From positions 608,001 through 672,000 of the forward strand of contig CAVTBR010000003.1 of assembly GCA_963733055.1 (NCBI GenBank): a stretch of 64,000 nucleotides of DNA. The letters are read 5' to 3'. Positions 29,856 to 39,245 of this stretch are shown piece after piece; position 1 is the first letter of the stretch, and the number at the start of each line of letters is the position of its first letter. This DNA is from Candidatus Bathyarchaeota archaeon. Lineage in GTDB: Archaea > Thermoproteota > Bathyarchaeia > 40CM-2-53-6. Below the pieces are notes generated by a model. That model ran no database searches. It was not told the origin of the DNA and saw only the letters and a list, made by a program, of their open reading frames with translations. The position numbers and the translations under genes are program-made.

Positions 29856-30869
29856 ATGCGACTTGTTACTTGCAAAAATTGCGGAGCCAAGGTCAGCGAC
29901 CAATACAGCTATTGTACGATATGTCAAGCTCCAATTAGTGCAGCTGCAATCGCGTCGAGCACTGAGACACGTGAACGCCGCCAAACACTGATTGAATCTG
30001 TGTATCTGCCAAAGAAACCCACGCCTGACCCAAAGACTTCCATTGAGCCGAAGAGACCCCAACGGCGTAGATGGAATTACGCAAGAAGTTCAGCCTCAAG
30101 AGGCAAACCAACAACTCACGGAGAACTTGCGATTCTGAATCAATCCTTATCAGGCATCGCAGCAAATCCCGTGATCTTGACTCCCGCCCTAGTTTCCGCG
30201 CTTAACGGCGTCCTGTTGTTATTTCTCATTGCAAGAACAACTCAAGCTTCTCAGGGAACAGAGATGTCACAAATCATTTGGGGCATCATCCCTTTGTTGT
30301 TTGTCAGTTTGTTCGTTGGTTTCCTCGTTACCATAGGCTTGGCATCTATGTCAGTGAATATCGTGATGGAGGGAAAATGCAACTTTTCTGATTGGGTGAC
30401 TGGTGTGAGAGAGTACTTTTGGAGGATACTGAACATATCGATTGTGGTCGGGATTCTCTTGGTAGTCGTTTTTGGAGGCATCTCATTGGTGCTACCCTTG
30501 GCAATCAAAGGGTTGGTTTTGAATCTGGTCGACGCTGGAACTATTTTGTTCTTGAACGTCTGTTATGCAGCAATTATGATTAGTGACGCGACTTTGCGAT
30601 CAGCGATAAATCTTGGGTTGAAAACTATCCGGATGTATTCACGAACATTCATAGGTTTCTCTCTTTTGCTCTTTGCTGTATTAGAGGTTAGGGCGATCCT
30701 TGAAGTTGGTTGGACAGGAAGTGAATCACTTTCTGTTTTGGTCTCACTGGGCATGAATGTACCGATGATAATGTATGCTGTGATGCAAGGCTTCTTGTGG
30801 CCGATATGGTCTTTGCTCAGCTCCACTCTCTATCGCAACTTTTCATTTCCGCAGGCTACAATGAAGTAA
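29856..30869 (+). CDS. Passenger 3: N-terminal Zn ribbon plus multi-TM membrane protein
   Basis: CKNCG...YCTICQ followed by about six hydrophobic helices; ATG abuts the transposase-tail TAG. Confidence 0.8.
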   Translation: MRLVTCKNCGAKVSDQYSYCTICQAPISAAAIASSTETRERRQTLIESVYLPKKPTPDPKTSIEPKRPQRRRWNYARSSASRGKPTTHGELAILNQSLSGIAANPVILTPALVSALNGVLLLFLIARTTQASQGTEMSQIIWGIIPLLFVSLFVGFLVTIGLASMSVNIVMEGKCNFSDWVTGVREYFWRILNISIVVGILLVVVFGGISLVLPLAIKGLVLNLVDAGTILFLNVCYAAIMISDATLRSAINLGLKTIRMYSRTFIGFSLLLFAVLEVRAILEVGWTGSESLSVLVSLGMNVPMIMYAVMQGFLWPIWSLLSSTLYRNFSFPQATMK

Positions 30870-30883
30870 CCGTGAGCAACTTC

Positions 30884-30949
30884 GGTGACGGTTTTATCCA
30901 CCGCCCTAAATCCTGCTTGGGTGACGTGAACTATCCGTTACCCCCCGAA
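30884..30949 (+). repeat. Conserved ~65-bp element end, copy B
   Basis: GGTGACGGTTTTATCCA...GGTGACGTGAACTATCCGTTACCCCCCGAA. Confidence 0.85.
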
Positions 30950-31046
30950 GAAAGCCTCTTGAGAGAGAACGCAAGAAACGGATACTAGGCACAATCCCAG
31001 AAACGGCTAGAGTAATTCTGGGAGAATACCTAGCCAAGAATGAAGC

Positions 31047-31598
31047 TTGAAAGAGCTCATATCCTCTTACAAGGATTGGTGGCACTCACGATTTGTAGGT
31101 ATCCTATTCATTGCCTTTTCGTTCTCTGCTTTGGACCAAGGAATAACTGCCGTATCAAACGAGGTTATTGTCTCTGCTGAAATGCGTCAAATGGCTAATA
31201 GTACAAGCACTAATGGCACAAGCACGCTTCATCTTCAGGCCACCTCAAGTCTTCCTCTCTGGCCCAGCATTCTTTCGTTCACGATATTGCTAGTTTCATT
31301 GTTCGTGTTTTATCGTGTTGGAAATTCTGTTGACTTGAAGAACAACTATCTCCGCGTTGCCGTCTGCTTGTTTGTTGGTGGCAGTTTGGGCGGAAATTTC
31401 GGCCTTATAGTCGTACCGATGCTGATGATGTTCAGCGAATGTTCACTGGGATTGGCAACAGGGTGTTCCTTTGGTAATTTTCTGGTGCTTCCACTGTTGG
31501 TCATTCTCGAACCTCTCTCGCTTGGGTACGCCTTGAGTATGTTGTTTCGTGGCTTCTTCGCAATTGCTCTAGCCAATTTCAGAAAGAAACCCACGTAG
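31047..31598 (+). CDS. Hypothetical multi-TM membrane protein
   Basis: 183-aa hydrophobic ORF; TTG start overlaps the TGA of an upstream truncated ORF. Confidence 0.7.
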   Translation: MKELISSYKDWWHSRFVGILFIAFSFSALDQGITAVSNEVIVSAEMRQMANSTSTNGTSTLHLQATSSLPLWPSILSFTILLVSLFVFYRVGNSVDLKNNYLRVAVCLFVGGSLGGNFGLIVVPMLMMFSECSLGLATGCSFGNFLVLPLLVILEPLSLGYALSMLFRGFFAIALANFRKKPT

Positions 31599-31669
31599 GC
31601 CAAATGAGCCGACAGTTAACGAGCAGATTTTCTTGGCCCATGAGCTAACAAGTTAACGTTACCACGGCG

Positions 31670-31684
31670 GTAAAGATTTATACC
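31670..31684 (+). promoter_or_regulatory. BRE-TATA promoter of htpX
   Basis: gtaaagaTTTATAcc, with a GGTGA SD at ~31714. Confidence 0.55.
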
Positions 31685-31725
31685 GGACTGTTACTTGAGG
31701 TAACAAAACTGCTGGTGAGTTAGGG

Positions 31726-32610
31726 ATGGTTTGGACGTTCATCAAAACTACTCTCTTAGTCGGTATCCTAACGGGCATACTGTTCGCCGTTGCTTACCTA
31801 ATGGGGTTAAACCCGATCGTAGCCTTGGGTTTCGCTGCAATCATGAACTTGATAATCTACTGGTTCAGCGACCGAATAGTTCTCCGAATGGGCCGCGCGA
31901 ATGTTGTGGGCGAGGAGGAAGCGCCGCGCGTCTATGCCGCTCTTCGAAGGCTCAACGTGGCCTCTGGAACTCCGATGCCGAAGGTTGCACTTGTGAATAG
32001 CCCTGTGCCGAACGCTTTCGCGACCGGCCGAAGCCCAAGCAAAGCCACAGTGGCAGTCCACACGGGCCTCTTGAGTATAGTTAACGATGAAGAGTTAGAG
32101 GGCGTGCTCGCACACGAACTCACCCACGTTAAGCACTGGGATACATTGACGATGACGATCGCAGCCACAGTCGCAGGTGCCATCACGTACCTTGCGCAGT
32201 GGGGATGGTTCTTTGGCGGCGCTTTCGGGGGCGGCGGTTACGGCAGAAGTAGGCAGCAGGGAAGTCTGATCGGCTTACTGTTCATGCTCGTCCTCGCACC
32301 CTTCGCCGCTATGCTAGTGCAACTCGCGGTTTCCCGCACGCGCGAATACTCCGCCGATGAAGGCGGAGCTAAGCTCTCAGGGAAACCCTTGGCGCTTGCT
32401 AGTGCGCTCGAAAAAATTGAGTACGCGGCTAGAAGCCGAAAGCCCAGTACAAACGCAAACCCAGCACTATCATCACTCTACATCATCAACCCCTTTAGAG
32501 GTTCCATGATGGCACAACTTTTCTCAACCCACCCCGCGACAGAGAAGCGGATTGCAAAGTTGCAACAGATCGCGGGCAACATGGGCTACGGATCATATTA
32601 CAGGCAATAA
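31726..32610 (+). CDS. htpX: Membrane zinc metalloprotease HtpX (M48)
   Basis: PNAFATGR, AHELTH, SRTREYSAD, FSTHP motifs. Confidence 0.96.
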   Translation: MVWTFIKTTLLVGILTGILFAVAYLMGLNPIVALGFAAIMNLIIYWFSDRIVLRMGRANVVGEEEAPRVYAALRRLNVASGTPMPKVALVNSPVPNAFATGRSPSKATVAVHTGLLSIVNDEELEGVLAHELTHVKHWDTLTMTIAATVAGAITYLAQWGWFFGGAFGGGGYGRSRQQGSLIGLLFMLVLAPFAAMLVQLAVSRTREYSADEGGAKLSGKPLALASALEKIEYAARSRKPSTNANPALSSLYIINPFRGSMMAQLFSTHPATEKRIAKLQQIAGNMGYGSYYRQ

Positions 32611-32628
32611 CCGTAGCCAAGCACGAAA

Positions 32629-33192
32629 TCAGTCAAGAATGGCTACTGCACGTACGGGAGAAGTCGGAGCTTTCGCCTTCAACGGAAACGCCGCTAGTTT
32701 GAATCTCGGAACATCTACCTCATCGAGGTTACATAACCCCTCCAAAATTAGGATCCCCTTGCTTAGCAGTGTAAGGTGCGCTGGCAAGTCATGGGACGTT
32801 GAGTTATCGATGCTGGGGGTATCTATTGCGACCATGCCGACGCGCTTGAATTCGAGATATTGAGCGGCGTTCTCGCTAAGATATGCGTAAGGCTTAACGG
32901 CGCCACCCGTGTGAATAATAGCAACCTCTCTCTCCCTAAGGGATAATCCAGCCGCTTCCTCAGCCGCCTCCAAATCCTCATCATCCACAGCTTCACCAGG
33001 CTTCGTGTGGCTTAGATCGAGAATTACTGCGTCAGAGAAGAAATACTCCAATCCGAAGTCACTGATCGCCTTCTGATTCTTCAGCAAATAGGCCGGTGCG
33101 TCGAGATGCGTACCCGCATGTGAGTCCTTGGCAAACTCGTCTAACGAGAACTTGATGGATAAGTCGACTATCTGCATGAGTGCATCCGTCAA
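32629..33192 (-). CDS. Cyclase family protein (kynurenine formamidase-like)
   Basis: HAGTHLDAP, IDTPSID, ILEGLCNL, SPVRAVA motifs. Confidence 0.88.
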   Translation of the reverse strand: MTDALMQIVDLSIKFSLDEFAKDSHAGTHLDAPAYLLKNQKAISDFGLEYFFSDAVILDLSHTKPGEAVDDEDLEAAEEAAGLSLREREVAIIHTGGAVKPYAYLSENAAQYLEFKRVGMVAIDTPSIDNSTSHDLPAHLTLLSKGILILEGLCNLDEVDVPRFKLAAFPLKAKAPTSPVRAVAILD

Positions 33193-33320
33193 CTACCAGA
33201 TAGATTTCGCATTAAAGGACATCCAAAGAGTGTACCCATTGGAGACGCGATCGTTTCGAGTGATCGACCGGTTGAATTTCGGTTCGATTCGAGATACCCT
33301 TTTTAGCCCACTCCACAAGT

Positions 33321-33962
33321 TTGAATCTTGAAAGCAATACTGAGCTGCAAAATATGCAAGCAACCGTCCCACCAGGGCAAACCTTTGCGAAACGATGGGC
33401 TATCTACGCGGCCTTCGGAGCCCCGGAAGTTGACCTCAAACCTTGGCGCTTAACCACCGACGGGCTCGTCGAAAAACAACTTAACCTAAGTTTCGAAGAC
33501 ATTCAAAAAATGCCACAAGTGAAACTCACACGAGACTTTCACTGCGTGACGACATGGAGCATCAAGGACGTTGTTTGGGATGGGGTGGCGTTCCGGGAAG
33601 TGGCGAAACTGACCGGGATTAAACCCGAGGCGAAGTGGGTGATGTTTCACTGCGCAGATGGGTACACCGCCCCCGTGCCATTAGAGGATGCTATGGTTGA
33701 GGACTCGCTGATAGCTTTCAAGATGAATGGCAAACCCATCCCAGTCCAACAGGGATTTCCTGCGCGGCCGTTCATTCCTCATCTTTACGGTTGGAAAAGC
33801 GCGAAGTGGTTGACTGGAATCGAATTCCTTGCCGAATACCACGACGGATACTGGGAAGCCTACAATTATCACGAGCGTGGCAACATTTGGGATGAAGAAC
33901 GCTTCAAGGGCCAAGGCGGAAAACACGTACGACACCGAGGCCTCGGATCAATACCGGTCTAA
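33321..33962 (+). CDS. Sulfite oxidase-like molybdopterin oxidoreductase
   Basis: PPGQ, DFHCVTTWS (Mo-ligand Cys), GFPAR, YGWKSAKW, GYWE motifs; no Tat signal. Confidence 0.92.
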   Translation: MNLESNTELQNMQATVPPGQTFAKRWAIYAAFGAPEVDLKPWRLTTDGLVEKQLNLSFEDIQKMPQVKLTRDFHCVTTWSIKDVVWDGVAFREVAKLTGIKPEAKWVMFHCADGYTAPVPLEDAMVEDSLIAFKMNGKPIPVQQGFPARPFIPHLYGWKSAKWLTGIEFLAEYHDGYWEAYNYHERGNIWDEERFKGQGGKHVRHRGLGSIPV

Positions 33963-34159
33963 GTCATTTCTTGGGGCAGGAAATCACAGACATCATCTCA
34001 CGTTCTCAACCCACATATCTCAAGAAGTCACATTCGAATCAACAACTCCCAGAACAAAATCAACCGTTGCCAATTACCGAACACCACACCGGACTACACG
34101 TAGAATGATTTTTCTTCAAGTCAATATGCTGCTTGAGGGTTCATTAGAGGTAGTGACTC

Positions 34160-34636
34160 ATGGCTGAAGGTCTCGCTCGGGAAATCAAAAGCGCGCTGAC
34201 TGGTTGGTTCTATCCAGTTCACTACAATCTTGAGCGATGGGCCTATGCGCTCCAACGAATATCCGGAATCGCTGTAACCGCCTACTTCCTGGCACATATC
34301 GTAGAGACTGGAAACGTCGTGGGCGGTCTAAGTGTTTGGAGTGTTCCGTCCCAAGATTTTGCGAGCGCAATCTGGAGCGCAACATTCCATTTCCTAGAGA
34401 ACCCTCTCTTCGACACAGGGCTTATCGTCATCGGGTTCATGCTCTCCTACCATACCATAAACGGAATCAGGTTAACGCTCACGGAGTTTGGGGTTTTACA
34501 AGGTAAGCCTTCTCGTCCCGATTTTCCCTACGAGCCGAAGTCATTTTCCAAAGCTCAACGGGCAATATTCTGGCTCAGTGTTCTGTTTGCTGCCGCGACT
34601 GCGGTATATGCGTTGAATGTTTTCTTTGGGGTTTAG
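34160..34636 (+). CDS. sdhC: Succinate dehydrogenase/fumarate reductase cytochrome b subunit
   Basis: LQRISG, LAHI and YHTINGIR motifs; three TMs. Confidence 0.85.
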   Translation: MAEGLAREIKSALTGWFYPVHYNLERWAYALQRISGIAVTAYFLAHIVETGNVVGGLSVWSVPSQDFASAIWSATFHFLENPLFDTGLIVIGFMLSYHTINGIRLTLTEFGVLQGKPSRPDFPYEPKSFSKAQRAIFWLSVLFAAATAVYALNVFFGV

Positions 34637-34639
34637 GAA

Positions 34640-34984
34640 ATGAAAGAATCTACTAGAATGCTTCTGCATTACGCGACGGGGCTCGGCATCGTCATAGCCG
34701 GAGGGGTGCACCTCTTCACTGTCTTCCTCACAGGGCCTTACGTTCAGAACCTAGCGTTTAGCAGCGTGATGATGGTTTACAGAAACATCCTCCTAGCAGT
34801 CACCCTTGAGCTTTTACTGCTTTTCGTGGACTACCATGCTCTGAACGGGGTTAGAATCATATTGATCGAGTTTCACCAAGGCGCGATATGGGAACGCGGG
34901 GTTTCATGGGTGCTCGCGGTTGCAGGCCTCTTACTTCTAATCTATGGGACGAGAACAATCCTAATCGCAAATGCTCTAGCGTGA
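34640..34984 (+). CDS. sdhD: Succinate dehydrogenase hydrophobic anchor subunit
   Basis: LHYATG, VHL and YHALNGVRIILIE motifs; directly follows sdhC. Confidence 0.82.
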   Translation: MKESTRMLLHYATGLGIVIAGGVHLFTVFLTGPYVQNLAFSSVMMVYRNILLAVTLELLLLFVDYHALNGVRIILIEFHQGAIWERGVSWVLAVAGLLLLIYGTRTILIANALA

Positions 34985-34996
34985 AGACCGCCAATC

Positions 34997-35704
34997 TTGG
35001 AAAAAACTGTCACCGCCGGGGACAAAGAGAAAGCCCAAGAAATCCTAAAGATACTTAGTGCGAAGATACCGCTCCGTGAAGAAGACTTCGCCGCCTCACG
35101 TGTGGCCAAGGAATCCAGTGACCCATTCCGCGTCCTGATAGTTACAATTCTTTCACAGAACTGCACTGACATCGCGGCACTCAGGGCTTACGAAATCTTG
35201 GACCGGAGAGTAGGGGTCTCAGTTTCAACTCTGAGTAAGGCGCGGGTTCCAACCATCGAGAAAGCAATCCACGTCGCGGGCTTGCATAAACAGAAGGCTA
35301 AAGCCTTGAAGCAACTTTCGAGGGTCGTAAATGAGCAATATTCTGGTAACTTCGCCTCAATGTTGGAAGGTTCATTCGAACAGGTTCGCGAGAGGCTTCA
35401 AGAATTGCCAAACGTCGGCCCCAAGACGGCAGATGTGTTGCTCAGCATTTGGGGTCAGCCAACTATCTCCGTTGACACGCACGTTGAGCGAGTCTCGAAA
35501 CGCCTTGGCCTAGCGCAGCCCAAGGCAAGGTACAGAGAGATTAGGTCGGCTCTCATGCAAGAATTTCTCGCGAAAGACTATCGATCCGTTCCTCTTTATT
35601 TCATGGCCCTTGGCCGAAGCATATGCAAAGCCCGACGCCCACTCTGTCCTACGTGCCCCGTTAACAACCTGTGTCCGTATGAACGAAAAACGAAGTCGAT
35701 GTGA
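34997..35704 (+). CDS. nth: Endonuclease III (HhH-GPD DNA glycosylase)
   Basis: ILSQN, LPNVGPKTA, VDTHV and 4Fe-4S C-x6-C-x2-C-x5-C motifs. Confidence 0.93.
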   Translation: MEKTVTAGDKEKAQEILKILSAKIPLREEDFAASRVAKESSDPFRVLIVTILSQNCTDIAALRAYEILDRRVGVSVSTLSKARVPTIEKAIHVAGLHKQKAKALKQLSRVVNEQYSGNFASMLEGSFEQVRERLQELPNVGPKTADVLLSIWGQPTISVDTHVERVSKRLGLAQPKARYREIRSALMQEFLAKDYRSVPLYFMALGRSICKARRPLCPTCPVNNLCPYERKTKSM

Positions 35705-35726
35705 TTTTACTGATCGAGAGGGGAGC

Positions 35727-37265
35727 CTACTCTGGTGGGATCTCCTTGAACGCTAACGAGATGCTCATCCCCTCCTTTGCCCGCAAGTGCCGAGCGATGC
35801 CGTAAATCGCAACGGAGAGGATGAGTGATACGGCAATGTATCCGTAAGCTAGCGGGTTGCCGCCGTAGATGTTGGGGTAGTCTAGGAATCCGTAGGTTAA
35901 GTATGCGAAAACAACCGTTTGGAGCACGCCTGCGGTTGCGAGCGAGACCTTCGTCCATCCTTTCTCCCTCTTGAATGCATAAGCCACCGCGCCGATGCCC
36001 ACTATGGCGAAGTATACCATCGAAGCGACCAGTACCCCGTAGAGCGAGGATATCGTTCCGTAGAGGAACGCGGCCAAACCGATCAGGAAGACTGTTACAA
36101 CGAGATCCACAAGGTGTGCTACAACCGGGGAACCATACTTCGGGCTAACATAGGCGAGCTTTGAAGGAAGGAATCTGTCAAAGGCTTGGGCGAGCATGTA
36201 TCTTGAGATTGTGATTATTCCGAACGCGAGAATCGCTACCGTTAGCACAATCCAACCGAGCCCAATCAGGAAAGCTTCCGCAAAATTTCCGGACACACCC
36301 ATTGCAAGAGTCCAGAAGTTGAATGAATGGTCGTAGACGAGAGCCGAATTGGCGAGCGCCGCTGTTGTAAACTGAAACCCTGCAGCATAGTACATGGCGG
36401 CAAACGGGATGGTGACTATCAGGAACGCGAAGGCTAACGAGATCGGAACGTTCCACCTTGGCGCTTTTCCCTGTAACTCAGAACCAACTGAAGGGGCAGC
36501 GTTAAACCAAGGATAAGTAAACAAGGCGAAGTAAGGCATCATTAGCAGAGTAGATCTCAAGTCGAATGTAGGTCCGGAATAGGAGTTCGCGACGGACGTG
36601 TAAGTTAAATTCGCAACTCTCAATCCATCAACATAGTTCTCTACACCTACCTTCCCGGCGTTGAGTACAGCGAAAGTTGCGACGGCCATCGCGATTATCC
36701 CGATCACCCAGAAAATCGAGATGAGCTTGAACCCAAACCTAGGCCTGATGATATTGACTCCAATGAGAATTATCAATAATGAAGATGCGAGTAGGAATTG
36801 AGAGAGCGGGTCCCCTCCCGGGATATTCCCTGGTAAGGCAAGTCCAAGCAAGCCCGAAAATCCGAGCGCCACCCCGACGGAACCTATTGCAAAGACCGCC
36901 GACAACGCAATCAGGGCGAGGTACGGCATAGTTTCCAAAGTTATGCCCGTAAACGTCATGACGCTCCCAACAAAACCGCCCAACGATCTGGAAACCCAAA
37001 CGTAGTCCCCACCAGTTCTTGAGATTCGCCTAGAGAGCATCGTGTAAACGATAGCTTGCGGAACAGCGAGCAGCGCAGCTATTGCCGATCCGAGAACCAA
37101 GTTTACTCCTGAGACGGTAGGCAAAGCGAGCATAGTGTATCCGACAAGTGCAAGCGCAGGACCCACCGACATGTAGCTGACATTGATAGCAATCGCATCG
37201 AACAACGAAACCCGCTTAGTTAGTCCAGTTGCCTCTCGAACGAATACGGTGTGAGGATTCGGCAT
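35727..37265 (-). CDS. APC-family amino acid permease
   Basis: FVREATGL N-terminus (ATG 37265), RTGGDYVWVSR, SRYMLAQAFDRFLP, terminal FKEIPPE. Confidence 0.92.
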   Translation of the reverse strand: MPNPHTVFVREATGLTKRVSLFDAIAINVSYMSVGPALALVGYTMLALPTVSGVNLVLGSAIAALLAVPQAIVYTMLSRRISRTGGDYVWVSRSLGGFVGSVMTFTGITLETMPYLALIALSAVFAIGSVGVALGFSGLLGLALPGNIPGGDPLSQFLLASSLLIILIGVNIIRPRFGFKLISIFWVIGIIAMAVATFAVLNAGKVGVENYVDGLRVANLTYTSVANSYSGPTFDLRSTLLMMPYFALFTYPWFNAAPSVGSELQGKAPRWNVPISLAFAFLIVTIPFAAMYYAAGFQFTTAALANSALVYDHSFNFWTLAMGVSGNFAEAFLIGLGWIVLTVAILAFGIITISRYMLAQAFDRFLPSKLAYVSPKYGSPVVAHLVDLVVTVFLIGLAAFLYGTISSLYGVLVASMVYFAIVGIGAVAYAFKREKGWTKVSLATAGVLQTVVFAYLTYGFLDYPNIYGGNPLAYGYIAVSLILSVAIYGIARHLRAKEGMSISLAFKEIPPE

Positions 37266-37378
37266 TTTGCGTATCAACTTGTCGCGGGCTATCGGCCACT
37301 TTTTCATCGATGAGCCCAACCCTGAAGACCTAAACATAAAAGGAAATCTAGGCGCAGAATAGTGGATGCGGGTTCGCC

Positions 37379-38311
37379 ATGGTTTCCACTGTCGTCGTCG
37401 GAGCGATAAACTGGGACACAACCCTCTTTGTGGATGAGTTCCCTCGAAAGGGTGCGGAAGCGGTTGTTCGCCGAATCACCCACGTCCCTGGAGGGAAAGC
37501 AGGAAATGCTGCCGTTGCAGCTGCTCGGCTCCTTGGACCCAAGCACGTAGCGATCATAGGCGCGTTAGGTAATGACTGGGTCGCCTCAGAGCATACAAGA
37601 GCCTTCGAGCAGGAGGGAATAGATTGTTCAGGGCTAAAACGCGACGATTCAGTTCAATCCGGACAGGCCCATATAGTCGTGGACGAAACCGGGGAAAATG
37701 TGATTCACACGTACTTTGGAGCCAACGCTACAATGCTGCCCGAAGACCTAGATGACGCAAACCGCCGTGAACTGATCGAAAGCGCGAGCATAATCGCAAT
37801 CATGGATCCACCGTTCGAGACATCTATGAAGGTGGCCCAGGTAGCCAAGAAGTTGAACAAGACTGTGGCGTGGGATCCCGGCGTTAAGTCCCAGCTAGGC
37901 TACGAAACGACGAGCTCGCTTCTGCGGAACGTTGACTATTTTCTGGCCAATGAATCTGAAGTTGGATTTCTAACGGGAACAAAGACGCAAGCTTTGGCGG
38001 CACGCAAACTTCAGCGCGCCAATCCAAACCTGAAGGTGATAATGAAACTCGGAGCAAGAGGGTCCGTAATGTGCAGCGGGAAGAAAAGAATCGTGACACG
38101 AGGTTTAGATTTGAAGCGGGCTGGTTTGAAGGTTGTGAATACTGTAGGTTGCGGCGACGCTTTTCTTGGCGCTTTTGTCGCCGCCATAAGCGAAGGTCGA
38201 CCGGAACTGGAGGCCTTAAGGTGGGCTAACTTCACAGCGGGACTAAACGCCACGCAGCCCGAGACTCGTGGGAGCCCGGATCGAACCACGCTAATGAAGT
38301 ATCTCGGTTAG
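37379..38311 (+). CDS. PfkB-family carbohydrate kinase (ribokinase-like)
   Basis: PGGKAGNAAVAAARL, ANESE, NTVGCGDAF motifs. Confidence 0.92.
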   Translation: MVSTVVVGAINWDTTLFVDEFPRKGAEAVVRRITHVPGGKAGNAAVAAARLLGPKHVAIIGALGNDWVASEHTRAFEQEGIDCSGLKRDDSVQSGQAHIVVDETGENVIHTYFGANATMLPEDLDDANRRELIESASIIAIMDPPFETSMKVAQVAKKLNKTVAWDPGVKSQLGYETTSSLLRNVDYFLANESEVGFLTGTKTQALAARKLQRANPNLKVIMKLGARGSVMCSGKKRIVTRGLDLKRAGLKVVNTVGCGDAFLGAFVAAISEGRPELEALRWANFTAGLNATQPETRGSPDRTTLMKYLG

Positions 38312-39198
38312 TTGGTTTTCTTCCTCAACTGGTCAGCGATGAGTGGCGCGACCGTAACGCGGCTTATCGGGCTCGGGACGGTATCGGTTCCAACTACGTC
38401 CTGTACACCAGCCGCGTTGATCTTGGCGAGAGCTCCTGGCGCTAGGATGGGATGCGTGCACGCGACCTGAATCCTAACTGCACCTTGGGATTGTAGGATC
38501 TTCACGGCTTCTACAATCGTGCCCCCTGTGCTAATTATGTCGTCAACGATGAGCACGTCTCGTCCCTTAGCATTGGATTTTCTAGGGCGAACCTCAACAT
38601 GAGCATCACCCAGCCTTTTCTTCTCAAAGACATCATAATCAGTCCCCAACCTTTCCGCCGCAATCTTTGCCCATTGCTCGGCTTCTGCATCGGGGCCAAT
38701 GACCAGCGGCTTTTCCATCTTGCCAGTTTTCTTGACGTAATCTGCGAGTAGTGTCATTGCGGAGAGGTTGTGGGCGGGTATTCTGAAGGCTTCAGAGGAT
38801 TTGACGACTCTATGCTGATGCATATCAATCGTGTAGATTTCGTCGGTTCCAACGGTTTCGATGAGCTTGCTTACCGTTTTGAAACTCAACGCCTCACCGG
38901 GCTTGAACCGTTCGTCCTGACGCGCATAGGCAAAGTAAGGCATGAAAGCGATGACCCTCTTGGCGCCAAGATCTTTCAAGGCGTCCGTCAGGAGAAGGTA
39001 TTCGAACAACAATTCGTCGGGAGTATGATGAATTGACTGAACGACCGCAACTGTTTGATCCTTTACCTCACTGAGGACCCTAAGGTATTTTTCGCCGTCG
39101 GGAAATCTGCGAACCTCTAATCCTCCTAGATCAACGCCTAGCTCTTTTGCGACCTTAGACGCTAGAGCTTCGGAGGTTGGTCCACCAATCACAAGCAT
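38308..39198 (-). CDS. prs: Ribose-phosphate pyrophosphokinase
   Basis: FPDGE, PYFAYARQD, IVDDIISTGGT motifs. Confidence 0.96.
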   Translation of the reverse strand: MLVIGGPTSEALASKVAKELGVDLGGLEVRRFPDGEKYLRVLSEVKDQTVAVVQSIHHTPDELLFEYLLLTDALKDLGAKRVIAFMPYFAYARQDERFKPGEALSFKTVSKLIETVGTDEIYTIDMHQHRVVKSSEAFRIPAHNLSAMTLLADYVKKTGKMEKPLVIGPDAEAEQWAKIAAERLGTDYDVFEKKRLGDAHVEVRPRKSNAKGRDVLIVDDIISTGGTIVEAVKILQSQGAVRIQVACTHPILAPGALAKINAAGVQDVVGTDTVPSPISRVTVAPLIADQLRKKTN

Positions 39199-39245
39199 TC
39201 TATGTCACTGCGAGTGCCGTATTAGTAAGTCAGATAAAACCTATC

